This document shows positions 39,051 to 53,431 of a DNA stretch of 64,000 nucleotides, piece after piece (the stretch's first letter is position 1; the number at the start of each line of letters is the position of its first letter). The notes beneath the pieces are model-generated. The model was not told the DNA's origin. It saw only the letters and a program-made list of their open reading frames with translations, and did not search any database. This DNA is from Octopus sinensis (Eukaryota): positions 84,568,001-84,632,000 of the forward strand of contig NC_043001.1 in the NCBI RefSeq assembly GCF_006345805.1, in the 5' to 3' direction. Position numbers and translations under genes: made by a program.

Positions 39051-41559
39051 TTTGGGGTGGGGAGAAGACGATGAATCTCGAAGAAAATAATGCAATAAAT
39101 AAGAGCGTCTAAATATTGGGTTAAAATCTTAAGAAAAAGTCGCAGACCGCTCGATTTACATGCTATTATTTAAAGCTTTATATTCTTCGGGATCCACTGT
39201 TCCAAAAGAAGAATTAATTAATTAGTATCTGCTTATATTAATGAATGTGTATATCTGCTTTCAATTCTTAATTCTAAAACATTCAGTAGACAACCGTCCA
39301 CCTAAAAGCTAACCCATGCAATACACACTCACTTTGTCCCTCTCTTTCTTTGCCTTCCCTCTCTCTTTTCATCTGTTTTCTCTTTCTCATTTTTTTCTCT
39401 CTCTCTCTCTCTCTCTCACCCCTTTTCCCTTCTTTCCTTAACTACCAATCTTTTGCCTCCCTCTTTAATCTCGCCTTTTCCACCCCACCCTGTTTCTTGT
39501 TTCTGTATCTCTCTTTCTCCCCTGTCCAACTTCAAGCATTTGATCTGTATAACATAATGCAATAAAGTGCTCCCTTGATGATCGGCTCTGGTTCAGCATC
39601 CAATTGTACTTAAAACATCTGATGTGGGCTATGCAAATATCTACAATTATGGAATGTAGAGAAGAAATAACTATAAACTTGTGTTTATCATAATTTCTCC
39701 TACATGTGCTCTGTATATCATAACCCTTAATATGCCTAAGTATAGTAGTGACCTCGCTACTACACTGGGGGTAAAGTTGATGATGATACCTTATGTGAAA
39801 CTCTATACTCACCAGTAGCAGTTCACTATACACACAAGATTTTTGTATTAGAGTAAAGACCCCTTCGGTCATGAATGACCATCAGATTGCACCTACAAAT
39901 TTACCGGGCAAGGTTGTTTATGAAAGACCAGCAGTCACCCATGCATACCAGCCTCACTCTCTACGGCACCGATGTTATCCAAGGGAAGGGCAAATGCCAA
40001 TACAGCTCGACACCGGTGTCGTCGTAACTCATTTCTACAGCTGAGTGAACTGGAGCAAAAAGATTTGTGCATATATTACCAAGAAATGAGAAGGTTTGTC
40101 CATGGCTGGAATGCCATTGATCATAAATTTGCTTTACTGAAGCTGACCTAGAGCTGAGAAGCAATATTATGGTGGGACGTTCACGGTTAAAATGTCTTTG
40201 AAAATAACGTTTCTCGATCAAGGTTGGTCTGGAGTTAAAAATGACAATAAGACTTTGAGAATAAACCTACGGGAAGAAACATTTGAGCTGCGGAAAATAG
40301 TCACTTTAACTGCAAAAATTAGTACCCAAATCTCTTTCAAATCAAGCTCGACAACATCAAAAAGGACGGTATTGTTATATTAAACAATCTAGGATGCAGT
40401 ATATCTGAATAAAATGCTATTTAAGGTAAGTCTTTAATCATAGGTCAGCTCAATCAGGACCGCTACTGGAATTGAATAAACAGCAATGCAAAATGCTGTT
40501 GTCTCTGTGGTAGTTCGACTTCCTAAAAGTAGCAACTAGTTTTACTCAAATTTCACCCTACTGTAATAAATTTTAAAAAGTAGTAATAGGACAATGAAGT
40601 TGTTGAGACACACAAAGACGGGATGGTCACAAATGGAAAGCCTTTGATCATAGGTCCGCTTCGTCTAAGCTTACTAAGAGCTAACTACAACAACAACAAC
40701 AATAACAACATCCGTAACAACACCATATCACTTCACCCAAGGAATATTATCTCCAAAACCACAGCCACCGTTACCGTCACCACCCCCATCACCCTCACCA
40801 CCACCAACAACAACGACATCCTCACCCGCACCATCACAGCAACAGCAATAACAGAACCATCAACACAACCATCACCACCAGAACGAGAAGAGTATAATCA
40901 CTACCACCCACGCACTACCACCTTCACTACAATTAGAAAAGCTGCACTACTACTACCATCCCCACTACCGATATTACGACTACTTCTACCACCACCACCA
41001 CCATCACCACTACCACCACCATAAGAACAACAACGACAACAATAAGAACAATAACAGCACCACTATGACTGCAACGACACTGTCAACCATAAGCTCCATA
41101 CAGTGTTCGCCTAATGACATCTCCAGCTGATTGAAAAAAGCCCTAATTTTACAGTTGTACTCAGTCTTACCATTAATTAAATGCAACAAGCTAAAAAGAA
41201 AAAAAAAACACCAAGAACAAACAGAAGCAACGACAACAAACAAAAAAACAAACAAACAAACAAACAAACAAACAAACAGACAAACAATAAGCAACAATAA
41301 CAAAAAAAGAATAATGACTATTAACTTTAATGAATTCCAGTAATCGGTACATAATGTCTCAGAGCTAACATTTTTTGATGGACAATTGTTCCCAGTTAGA
41401 GACCTTCATAGGGTGAGTAAGACAGTAAGAACACCGAGCGGTTGAGTGGAAACCTTTACTAGCTGAGGGAACATTAGTTGCTGTTGTTTTTGTTGCCGTT
41501 GTTTTCGTTGCTGAACCTGTTTTGCTGCTGTCGACGTCTTTATTAAAGTTGAGAGGCAA

Positions 41560-41972
41560 TTTTGTCCAGCGAATGATTCAAAAAAAGATGGGTGAGTGTA
41601 GCAAGGATGGCACGTATGAATGACGAAGCCACTTTAGCATAATCCTATGAACCCGGAAAAATTTAAAACAGAGAGTTACTTACTTGCGAATTGATGTGTT
41701 AAAATGTGACATTAATGACCGAGGTTACCGTGGTCTTTTCCGTAGGTTTTTCTTTCCATGGATAAACCTTATCTACTTCCCCCTTTACACTTTACATCAT
41801 GACATTTCTCTGATACACGATCCCTATTGATCGTTTTTTCTTTTCTTTTTTTTCCTTTCTACGATCCCTTTTGATCGAAAACTTACCCACTTTTTTTTTC
41901 TCCGCCAAGAGAAACGCTCTACTTTGTAATTTGTCCCGTCTGTGTCCAGCCCTGTGTGGCTAATAAAGAAAT
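41560..41972 (+). mobile_element. 5'-truncated copy of the Tx1 LINE 3' end
   Basis: Matches 32435-32915 (gatgggtga.tgtagcaaggatggcacg...gctaataaagaaa). Confidence 0.9.
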
Positions 41973-43815
41973 ATATTAAAGTTGATATTGTTGCTTGGGT
42001 CCCAGCTAGAAGCTAACCAAACAGGCATATCATCATAACCTTTTCATCGTATCTTTTATTCTAAATGAAATTATTTTGACGTTTCAATTCAGGTCGCAAG
42101 GATGCGATTAAAGGGAGATCTGGTTGTTATTTCTAGATGACTGCACGACTATATGAAGCAGTTATTCATGAGCAACCTGCGGCTCGCACGATTTTCTGAA
42201 TGGCATTCCTAACGAAAAATTACCGGCAGACGACAAATCCTGTTTCGTGCGGCCTGCTTCTCGAAAAAAGTCACCCATGAGGCTGTAGCTTAATGGTTTC
42301 TCAATCATTTCTAATCTATGGACCCCTTTGATTACTATTTTATTCTGGTGGACCCCCATAGCAATTCGTTATTTAAAAATTAGTTTTATAGATGTCTCTG
42401 TCAAAATTACTAGTTTGTTTTTCGCACATCAACTTGTGTACAATGGCTATGTAAAACGTTTAAGAAATAAATGTAGTTGTTTCTTGCAGTAAAAATATCT
42501 AAAACAAACTTAATACATCGTGTACCCAATTTGCTATTTTGCTTCCACGGATCCCTAAAAACCGTATAAGGGATCCTTAGAGTCATATGGACCCTGTTTG
42601 ATAACCACTGCTGTAGAGGTTCACAGGATGCCACGGCGAATTTGTTTTTCTTTTTCTTTATTATTAATTTGCCAGAGTAACAGTTATATATACAACTTGA
42701 ACAGACGCACATAGCACATAAACATACGTTTACTTGTACATACACATATACACACACGCGGACACATCTACACACTTACATACGTAAATACTCACATACA
42801 TACATACATGCGTATATGCATTCATACGCATGTACACATGCATACGTACATGCATACATGCACACATACATACATACATACATACATACATACATACATA
42901 CATAATACATACATACATACATACATACATACATACCTATCAGGAACTACTGTTACTTTCTGAGATGCAGCACAAAGGCTTTTCAATGAACCGGTTGCGG
43001 TTTCAAAGCGACCAATATATTTTGTCGCAAATCAAATTTAGATGTTGAAGTGAAACTAAGGGATTTTGTGTGTTCTTGAATGGCTTACAAGCACTTTCCA
43101 CGCTGCAATTTTTTTTGTTTCATCACACGATCTCATATCAAGTCACTTGCTCTACAACTACATCTCCCTAATTTATTTATTTGATTGACTTGATTTGATT
43201 TGATTTACGTAGCTAGTGGGAAATATCGTAGCCTTGGGCTCAGACTAATAACGCAGTCTAACGAAGCAAACATCGCTCAATCAATTAATTTTCTTAAAGA
43301 CTTTACCTATCATTCGGTGTGTTATAGCTATCAAATGCCGCTCAGATCTTCGTTTGCAAGATTTGAGATTATTATATCTGCGAGGCAACTATCTGTGGGA
43401 AACGGAAAATCATTTCATTTTCTCCGAGTAATTTAAACCTGTTAAATATAAAGCCTTTGCCAATGACAACTGTCAAAGTGCCTGAGTGGAATCTTTTATC
43501 TTTCATTTGTTTTAACCACTGGACTGCAGTCCGGCTGGAGCATCGCCTTGAAAGGTTTACTCAAACATATCTACATTAGTATATGTTTTCTTTATTAAAC
43601 TTGCTTCTTATTCTATCATCACATTTTGACAAACTGTCAAGAGATGAGGAAGCGGGACAAACACAAGCGCACGCACGCACGCATACACACACAGCAATTT
43701 ATATATCCAACTTAACGTGAATGTATTCACTGACTACCGTGAGATTTACCGCGAGAGAAACTCTCATATACACCCAAAGTGCATAAAAACACACAATATT
43801 CATATCGTTGGTAGA

Positions 43816-43864
<49 letters not shown>

Positions 43865-43866
<2 letters not shown>

Positions 43867-44235
43867 CGTAGGAGTGGCTGTGTGGTAAGTAACTTGCTTA
43901 CCAACCACATGGTTCCGGGTTCAGTCCCACTGCGTGACACCTTGCACAAGTGTCCTATGCTATAGTCTCGGGCCGACCAAAGCCTTGTGAGTGGATTTGG
44001 TTGACGGAAACTGAAAGAAGCCCATCGTATATATGTATATATATATATATATGTATGTGTGTATATATGTTTGTGTGTTTGTGTTTGACCCCCAACATCG
44101 CTCGACAACCGTAACTTAGCGGTTCGGCAAAAAAGACCAATAGAATAAGTACTACGCTTATCCTGGGGTCGATGTTCTCGACTAAAGGTGGTGATCCAGC
44201 ATGGAGACAGTCTAATGACTGAAACAAGTAAAAGA

Positions 44236-44236
<1 letters not shown>
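43865..44236 (+). mobile_element. tRNA-derived SINE family B with CORE-like box and internal microsatellite (other copies at ~15000-15820, 35830-36265, 36745-37220, 45460-45877, 52430-52842, 58000-58421)
   Basis: A box gtggctgtgtggtaag, B box gggttcagtccc, a ccttg.caagtg box and a conserved 3' tail gactgaaacaagtaaaagag. Confidence 0.75.
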
Positions 44237-44296
<60 letters not shown>

Positions 44297-44431
44297 ATAC
44301 AATTGCAGCGTGCGAACGGCTTTTGTGTGTTTCTTAAATGGCTTATATTATAAACACCTTCCACGCTGCAATTGTTTTCGTTTCAGCACACGATCTCAGA
44401 TCAAATTACTTGCTATGCGAGTACATTTCCG

Positions 44432-44468
<37 letters not shown>

Positions 44469-45877
44469 TGTATGTAAACGACGGGCTTCTACACGTCAAC
44501 TTCTTACAAGATGTTCTATGATAGAAAACACAACTACATGTTGTTGCACAGTAACACATTGGATAATGTATACTCGCGCACACAATACTCCAAAAAATAA
44601 TGGATGGGGTGTTCACACCTAGAATTCTTTTGAATGTCTGTTCAGTCTGTTGATACTTGAGACTAGACAACAAGAACAATTTGATGAAAGAATTTATCCA
44701 AAATAGAACTTAACGTAGTTAAATTAAACACGAGAATTACCTAAAAAAATGTTCAATCAAATGAATTTAGAAACAGCCTTTAAGACTCTAAGACACTTGA
44801 TATCTGGGTGTTATCAATTACTTTCCTAATTTATTGCATAAAGCTGTTGCAATAAAGCAATTTACAGATCAAAAAAATACTATGGCCGACGTAGTTTTGT
44901 AAAATTTTCAGATATAATGTTATTTCTAAGAAGAAGTATTTCACAGTTTCTCTTAGTTATATGATGTGCAACATAAATAAAGCTGTCGCTAACCGTCAGG
45001 GAGAAAATGAAACAAAAATCAGGAAAAATAAAAGCAGTTTGGTGACAAAACATTTGAAACATTAAATCATAAACTTCTCAAAACTGAAAAAAAAAAAAAA
45101 AAAAACTAAGACGGAAACTATTGTATTATAGTAAGAAATTTCTGAAAAGATGTTTGACAAAGAACTTAAATCAAGACAAGCTACATAAACAGCACAATGA
45201 CTATAAATCAAAAGGATAAGCTGAATGGTGTTATTTGATGGAGAAAAGAAATAATTATTTAAAAAAAACTAAACTGGCTGGTTGGGAGTAAGTTATACAA
45301 CGGTAAATATGTTAAAGAGAAAGATCACTACAGGGAAGAGTTGTAAAGGAAGACTTGACTTGAAAATATCTCCACTTCATATATTGTATACTTATACAGG
45401 AACACACATATGTCTACACGTGTGTATATATATATATTCTTTCTTTTTTCTTTTCTTTCTTTTATTTGTTTCAGTCATTTGACTGTGGCCATGCTGGAGC
45501 AACGCCTTTTAGTCGAGCAAATCGACCCCAGGACTTAGTCTTTGTAAGCCTACTACTTATTCTATCGGTCTCTTTTGCCGAACTGCAAAGTTGCGGGGAC
45601 GTAAGAGCACCAGCATCGGTTGTCAAACGATGTTGGGGGGACAAACACAGACGCACAAACATATACGCACACATACACACTCACACACACACACACACAC
45701 ACACATATACATATATATATACGACGGGCTTCTTTCAGTTTCCGTCTACCAAATCCACTCACAAGGCTTTGGTCGGCCCTAGGCTATAGTAGAAGACACT
45801 TGCCCAGAGTGCCAAGCAGTGGGACTGAACCCAGAACCATGTGGTTCATAAGCCAGCTACTTACCACACAGCCACTC

Positions 45878-45920
<43 letters not shown>

Positions 45921-45925
<5 letters not shown>

Positions 45926-46160
45926 AAATGGAAAGATGAATTATCTTGTTACGGATTACTCAAAAGTTTAACCGATACCTGCGCCTTTGTTTTGTTTTGT
46001 TCTGACAACGTAATTCCTGGTTTTTCCTGAAGAGAAAGCTGCAATATGGTATCCTTATTTAATCAGAATTTGGAAAATTGTGGCCTTTGAAACATGTGTA
46101 GAATGTAATAAAAAGAATTCTGTACAATCTTCGTTCAACTCCATTTCTTCCATTCACTAA
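45921..46160 (+). mobile_element. (TA)n-flanked HHR element, diverged relative of the 47025-47640 family
   Basis: The HHR and downstream sequence align with 47331-47470. Confidence 0.7.
46024..46103 (+). ncRNA. Type-I hammerhead with long helix II
   Basis: ttc-CTGAAGA-gaaagctgcaa...ttgtggccttt-GAAAC-atgt-GTA^gaa. Confidence 0.75.
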
Positions 46161-46394
46161 ATATATATATATATAATATATATATATTATATATGTATAT
46201 GACCAACAATATTTTATAAACAAACTCTTGAAGCACCGAATGTGTTTCGTATTTATATACAATCTTTCTGCTGTTTACACAGCTATACAGAGTTCGAAAT
46301 ATTAGTTTCTTGTTTGTAAAACACGAAACACATTGGACGCTTCCAAAGTTTGTTTACAAAATGTTGCACTCCAAAAGCTAATAATAAAAAATAA

Positions 46395-46637
46395 TAAATG
46401 CGCCCTTTTTTTTAAAGCCTAGCCAGGTTCATGGGCCCGGTTTCCCGCTTTCTATGGCGTATGTGTTCCGCAGCTGGACGGGACGCTAGCCCATCGCAGC
46501 GTTACTCATTTTTGCCTGCTGAGTGGACTGGAGCAAAGTGAAATGATGAACACAACGCGTCGCTCGGTCCTGGAATCGAAACCACAATCTTAAGATCATG
46601 ATGCTGACATCCTAACCACTAAGCCACGCGCCTCCAC
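46395..46637 (-). mobile_element. tRNA-derived SINE family C (CORE-like and V-domain-like)
   Basis: Head gcgcgtggcttagtggttagg, B box ggtttcgattcc and gcgatgggctagcgtcccgtccag V-like motif. Confidence 0.7.
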
Positions 46638-47024
46638 AAAAAAGATATAATATTTAGCGTTTAATTTGAGAGATATTGTTGTCTGCGGGCCGTTTAGCTT
46701 AGTGGAGAGTTCCGTAGTTTTCTGCTGGCAACATTCCCCCTCTTATAAGGGTAAAATACCCAATGTTTCTGCTGTTTTCACTGCTATACTGGGTCCAAAA
46801 TTGTTTCTTTCTTGTACTCGAGTAAACGAAAATACAGGAGGATCAGTTAATTATGAATTTATTCAACATATTTCCCTCTCATATTCACATACATTTTGCA
46901 GCGGTCCTTCAATTCTTCTAAGCCTTTAAAAGAACTCGGAAGGTTGAGCCGTCAACCAAACCTTTCACGACATCCTTAATGTCAGGAACATTTAACCACA
47001 CCATCGTATATATATATTATATAT

Positions 47025-47640
47025 AACATTATTGGTGAATGAAGAAATGGAGCTGAACGCAGATTGAACAGAAATCGTTTTATTTCATTCTACACGTGTT
47101 CGAAAGGCACAAATTACCAAAATCCGAATGAATAATGGGCCATAGTGTGTCTTCGTCAGGAAGAAAAAAGGAATCCGTTGGAAAAAACAAAAACAGAACA
47201 GAGCAGAGCAAAAAACAATCGAACTGTGCTCCTAAGAGCCCATGGCGAAACTTCGCCATGGGCTCTTAGGAGCACAGTTCGATTTGTTTTGCTCTGCCTT
47301 GTTCTGTTGTTGTTTTTCCAACGGATTTCCTTTTTTCTTCTGAAGAGAAAGACACAATATGGTCCCATTATTCATTCGGATTTTGTAATTTGTGCCTTTC
47401 GAAACACGTGTAGAATGAAATAAAACGATTTCTGTTCAATCTGCGTTCAGCTCCATTTCTTCAATTCACCAATAATGTTTTAATTTCAATTATCCGCACC
47501 AACGCACGGTTGCAACGCCAGATGGTGTACCTCCAACCGTGCTGTTCATGCTGTGATTTTTGCTACTAAGTATCGGTTAAACTTTTGATTAATCTACTAC
47601 AAGATTATTCATCTTTCTATTTCACATAATATAATATATA
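47025..47640. mobile_element. 455-bp near-perfect palindrome (47025-47479, centre 47250/51) with an HHR in each arm, plus a unique 3' extension; (TA)n-flanked
   Basis: Centre reads gagcccatggcgaa-ac-ttcgccatgggctc. HHR motifs at 47083-47166 (-) and 47334-47420 (+). Confidence 0.85.
47334..47420 (+). ncRNA. Type-I hammerhead, intact core
   Basis: tt-CTGAAGA-gaaagacaca...tgtgcctttc-GAAAC-acgt-GTA^gaatgaaa. Helix III ACACGUGU is a palindrome, and stem I is weak. Confidence 0.78.
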
Positions 47641-47667
47641 TAATATTATATAGATATATATACATAT

Positions 47668-48580
47668 GATCATCCCATAAATAATTCAGTTCTTTTATAC
47701 TTCTTTTATTTTTCAAAATTAAGATAAACAAAGTTCATTTTTTATTCTAAAAATTATGCGCTCCTTAATTTTCTACAACGCACCTCCATCTATCTGATGG
47801 ACTTGCAAGGCCCCTCTTCCAAAAGTCACTTGACCGTGACGAAAATTACTCCTCCAGTGCTGTCGTGACCTCGTCTACAGAATTCATATATTTTCTGTCC
47901 AAATGATTTTGGAAGATTGCGGAATAAATGATGATCAGAGGGGGCAATATACGACGAATGTGATGGCTGGGGCATTGTTTCCCATTCAAACTGCTCCAGC
48001 CTTTGGAACGTCATCCTCGTTGTATGTGGCCGAGCAATATTCTGATGGAAGAACTTTCGTGTTGAAACCAAAGATGACTGTTTTTCTTCTAACACTGACT
48101 TGAATGACTGGTTGAATGACCAAATCCAAGCTTATTTGCTAGCTCCTCAACGGTTACATTGAGATTTTGTTCCACTGAGGTTTGCAGGACGTCCTCGTCG
48201 AGCTCTACAGATCTTTTCAGGACAAGGCTAGTCTTCTAGGCTGTAGTTTCCGACTCGGAATTTCTGGAACCACTCTTGACACTGGCTTACGCTTATTGTC
48301 CGTATACTGTATTAATGAAGCTCGCACTTACCGTTGCCTTGTTGCTTTTATTGATCTCATAAAGCAAAATATGCCGAATATGCTCCTTTGTCCCTTTCAT
48401 TATAGCTTCGAAAAAATAACTGTAAGAACGGAACGGCACTCTTCAAAATTTACACTAAGAATAAGTGCAAAATAAATTACTAGCTGCTTTTATAGCTAGT
48501 TGATGCAGATAGTTTATCCCGTCTCACTCCGACTTTTGGTTCAAGCAACTGAAAAAACCGCATTATTTATGGGATGACAC
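47668..48580 (-). mobile_element. Mariner relic with both TIRs
   Basis: tcatcccataaataat and attatttatgggatga TIRs. FHQNIARPH and HSSYIAPSDHHLFR motifs. Confidence 0.8.
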
Positions 48581-48585
48581 AATGC

Positions 48586-48626
<41 letters not shown>

Positions 48627-48892
48627 TCACTCTCCCCCTTCATCCTTTCCTAGTCGATAAAATAAGTACAGGTTTTAACATTTCGATCGATGTAATTGAT
48701 TTAACCACTTCCCTAATATTGCTGGGCTTCTGCCAAAATTTGAAACCATTATTCCTATTAAGGCGGCGAACTAGCAAAATCGTTAGTACTTCGGATATAA
48801 TACCAGGCGCTTTACGTTCTGAGTTCAAATATCACCGAGGTCGACATTGCTTTTCAACCTTTCGGAGACTATTGCAGCAGTTGAGCACTGGA

Positions 48893-49142
48893 GTACTTGT
48901 ACTTGTGGCGACATTCACCCTGGGCGGGTTGAGTCGGCTTCTTCTATCCCCCTCGAGGCATCTCGAACCATGGCAGCCCACACACGACGGTCCTGCGCCA
49001 GTTCACTGGAGATAGCGAGCCAGTCACGGTTCCATCGGCGCAGGCCGACCACCTGCTGTCCCGTGAGCACAGCGATGTCCTCCTTGATCGTCGTAACCCA
49101 GGTCTTCAGCTGCCCGCCCGCGCGTTTCTGCCAGTTGGGAGA
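48893..49142 (-). mobile_element. RTE-clade LINE 3' fragment inserted in a family A SINE
   Basis: Minus frame reads WQKRAGGQLKTWVTTIKED...WLAISSELAQDRRVWAAMV. Short-repeat tail caagtacaagta. Confidence 0.75.
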
Positions 49143-49899
49143 AGGACATCACGACTCAGTTCACCCACTGGAGTCGCTGTAAGAAACTTACCCCTCCCCT
49201 AAAATTTCTGGCCTTGTGCCAAAATTTGAAACCGTTATGTTAAGTCGATTTTAAGAAAATTTAACTGAGTATTTACCGTTGGTGTAATTGTTCCACATTG
49301 AAAATGTTCAACTTCACGAAGTAAAAGAAAATATTTATACTTCACTTAACGATGTGAGTTATTTACAGATTTACTGACTAAGTCAAAAGTATTTCTTGTT
49401 TTATTGCCCACAATCAGACTGTCTAATTATATAAGGTAATTAATCTGCGAAGCCAACAAATATACTGATATGTAAAAGAAAATTTTAGAAATTATAATTG
49501 GTAAAATAATTAGTTTATAGAAGTTGTTGTGAGATGTTGAGATATGTGTGAGAAGAAGAAATATAACCATTCTTTCTCCAAACATGTCTGAGTCAGGAAG
49601 ATAGAGATATTGATAATTTTAAAATCAACCGGTCAGTCGTTGTAATTATATTTTCATACCTTCGCGTAAATATGAGGAATATGCAGTTGCTGAGTTATTG
49701 AAATCAGACTAGAAATCGGTTTCCTCTTGCTCACATCACAGAAAATTTATCTGATGGAAGCAAAGGAATTAGATTTCCATCTTGCAAGCTCTGTAAACAT
49801 ATGCGTTTAGTAGAAGTGACTGTGTTTTATGCATGTATGTGGATCCTTAATACGAATAATTTGGCTCTGCCTATGTCTTGTACGCAAGAATATATATAT

Positions 49900-50105
49900 A
49901 GTTAATCCAAACATGAAAGCACATAAAAACACAACAACGCGAGGACGTGGAACAAATATAGTATTATTGGACGCTCAGGAAAGAAGGAAAGACGGAGGGT
50001 TTAGCGTTTTGAGCGGAGCTCTTCGTCGGAAACATAGGAGAAGGAAAGATCCAGAGAAGGGAAGACAGAGGAAAAAAAATCGCCAACGGTACATACGCGG
50101 TCACA
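49900..50105 (-). mobile_element. Short pLTR-like element with mutated HHR (CCGACGA core, GAAA lost)
   Basis: Homologous to 15170-15375. Confidence 0.7.
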
Positions 50106-50143
50106 CACACATATATATATATATATGTATGTATGTATGTATG

Positions 50144-50175
<32 letters not shown>

Positions 50176-50177
50176 AA

Positions 50178-50755
<578 letters not shown>

Positions 50756-52378
50756 CTGCATGTATGAACTGCGTGGCCTAGTGGTTAGGTTGTCGCACTT
50801 TCGATCACGGGATCATGGTTTCGATTCTCGGCCGGATGGTGCGTTGTGTTCTTGAACAAAATGCTTCATTACTCATTGCTTTGCGACCATTCCGACTACT
50901 GGCCTAAAGCACTCCGTGCACCTGTACAAACAATGTCAGTTTGATGGAGAGAGTGAGCTAATGTACAGCATAAACATAATCATTACATAAAAAAATCGTC
51001 TGTGCAGCTTGTTCAGATAGAATTGCAATAGTTGTTGTTGACAAACAACGGCAGTAATTTTATTCAGCTGAATACACGTCATTGATAGGTTGAAATTACC
51101 GAAATACGACTACTTTAACGTGAAATAACTTCCTAAGTATGTTTTTCTCAAAAACGCTAAGGTAAAAGATGTTTTATATGATACATTCTACCAGTGTTCG
51201 AAGTTTGAAAGTGTTTATTTACAAAAATTATCTTTTAAATCTGTCGGTCAAAAGGTAAAGATCCACACTTTATGTTAAAATCCTGCCGAGGTCACCTTTG
51301 CCATCTAAATTTAAGTGCCAGTTATATAGTGGATTTAATAATATCGACTTGCCTCCTTCCCTCAAAACTGCTGGCCTTGTGCTTAAATTTGCGAACATTA
51401 TTAGTCACGAGCTGGTTGACTCTATACTAAGTCGGACAAAATGCCGCTAAGCACTTTATCTATATGTTCTGAGTTCAGTTTTCACCGAGGTCAACTTTGC
51501 TTTTTATCATTTCGGGGTCGATGAAATAAATATTAATCAAACACTGAGGTGAGTGTAAACGACTACTCCCAACTCCAAAATTTCAAGCCTTTTGCTTATA
51601 GCAGAGGCTAGTGTATTGATTATGTTACTACAGTAATCGCTCGCCATATGGCGGTTCACCTATTGCAGTTTATTATTTAAGCTTACGTCGATTCCCCCGT
51701 GGTGTTGTTTTGCATTTATAATAAAATAAATCAATACAAATAGATTTTCACCTATTGCGGGGAGTTTTGGAACGTACCACCTACGATAATCAAGGGATTA
51801 CTCAATCGAAAAAAAACCTAAAAAACAAAAAAAAAAACAGAACGTTTGTTCTTACAAGCGAAAGAAAGAAAACTCAGTACATAAATACGACAATATATAT
51901 TTTTCTTTAGCTGCAAATGTTATAGGGTTACTCGAAATGTTAGAATTTCTTATGAAAGCATTTATCGAATTGAAAGTAACCAAAAAATAAACCCAGAACG
52001 TATGAACTAGCAAAAATATCGAATATTTCCAATCACACCAGTATACTTTGAGGTTCTAGTGTATAAATTTGTAAAGCTCACTGAAGAAATAGAATTTCAT
52101 TGATTGGCAGAATATACGTCTAGAAAAGTAACATACCTACTTAACTAAGTACTCACATTCTCACTTTCTTCCCACCTGTGTGTGTGTGTGTGTGTGTCGA
52201 GAGTCAACACTATTGTAAAGGTTGCAAGACGCAACGAAAATTTTAAAAAATAAGTGGAAATTTTACCGTGTGTTAAATTATAAGGCACAAAAAGAAAATG
52301 ACTCTCCCCAGACACAACAGAATATGTTTCGACACACGAACTCACAGAAAGAATCTTGCGAACCAAATACAAAACCGA

Positions 52379-52430
<52 letters not shown>

Positions 52431-52839
52431 CTTTTACTCGTTCCAGTCACTAGACTGCGTGCGGCCATGGTGGGGCCATTTTGGGCCATGCTGGGCCATG
52501 AAATTTTAGTCGAACGAATCGACCCCAGTACTTAATTTTTAAGCCTGGTACTTATTCTGTCGGTTGCTTTTGTAAACCTCTAAGTTACAGAGACACAAAC
52601 ACACCAACACCGGTTGTGAAGCAGTGATGGGGACAAAGACAGACATAATGACCAACATACATAGACGTATATATGCTTATATATATACCACGGGCTTCTT
52701 TCTGTTTCCCTCTAGCAAATCCACTCAAGGTTTTAGACGGCCCGAGGCTACAGCGGGAGACACTTGCTCAAGATGCCACGCAGTGGAATGAACCCGGAAC
52801 AATGTGGTTGGGAAGCAAGCTTCTTACCACACAGCCACG

Positions 52840-52931
<92 letters not shown>

Positions 52932-52981
52932 ATATATATATATAATATATATATATATATTATATATATATATAAATAAAT

Positions 52982-53377
52982 AAACTTTATCAATAATTTA
53001 TAATTATAATAGGGCACAAGCGGCGCCAGCATTGTTGTGAAAATCAGTCGAAAAGTCGGATCTTTGTGGTTTTCACCAGTTTATATGTTCCAATTGTTTT
53101 CAAATTTGGTATATGGATTAAGTTTTGTATACTAAGTATGAAAATTAAATTCAGTGGCAAAGAATTCTGTTTCCATAGTAACCAAAGATACTGTGCATGC
53201 GCAGAAGGAGGAGAAGGAGATACGAGAAAGGAAGGGGTGATAGATGAATAAGGAAGGAAGAGGTGATGGCAAACTGGTAGTGGAAGCGTTACAACTCTGT
53301 GTGAGTATATGTGTGTCTGTATGAAAGGGAAGTATGTGAATCTTTGTGTGTTTGTGTGTGTATGTGTGTGTGTGTGC

Positions 53378-53431
<54 letters not shown>

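Noticed and set aside
40623-41343. Thr/Pro/Asn-rich ORFs as a mucin-like exon
   Set aside because: They are degenerate (ACC/AAC)n trinucleotide sequence with stops in neighbouring frames and no splice or domain evidence.
41365-41559. 64-aa minus-strand ORF with CxxC
   Set aside because: It is short, has no recognisable family, and abuts a LINE remnant.
47145-47423. Mirror ORFs on both strands
   Set aside because: They are a by-product of the DNA palindrome.
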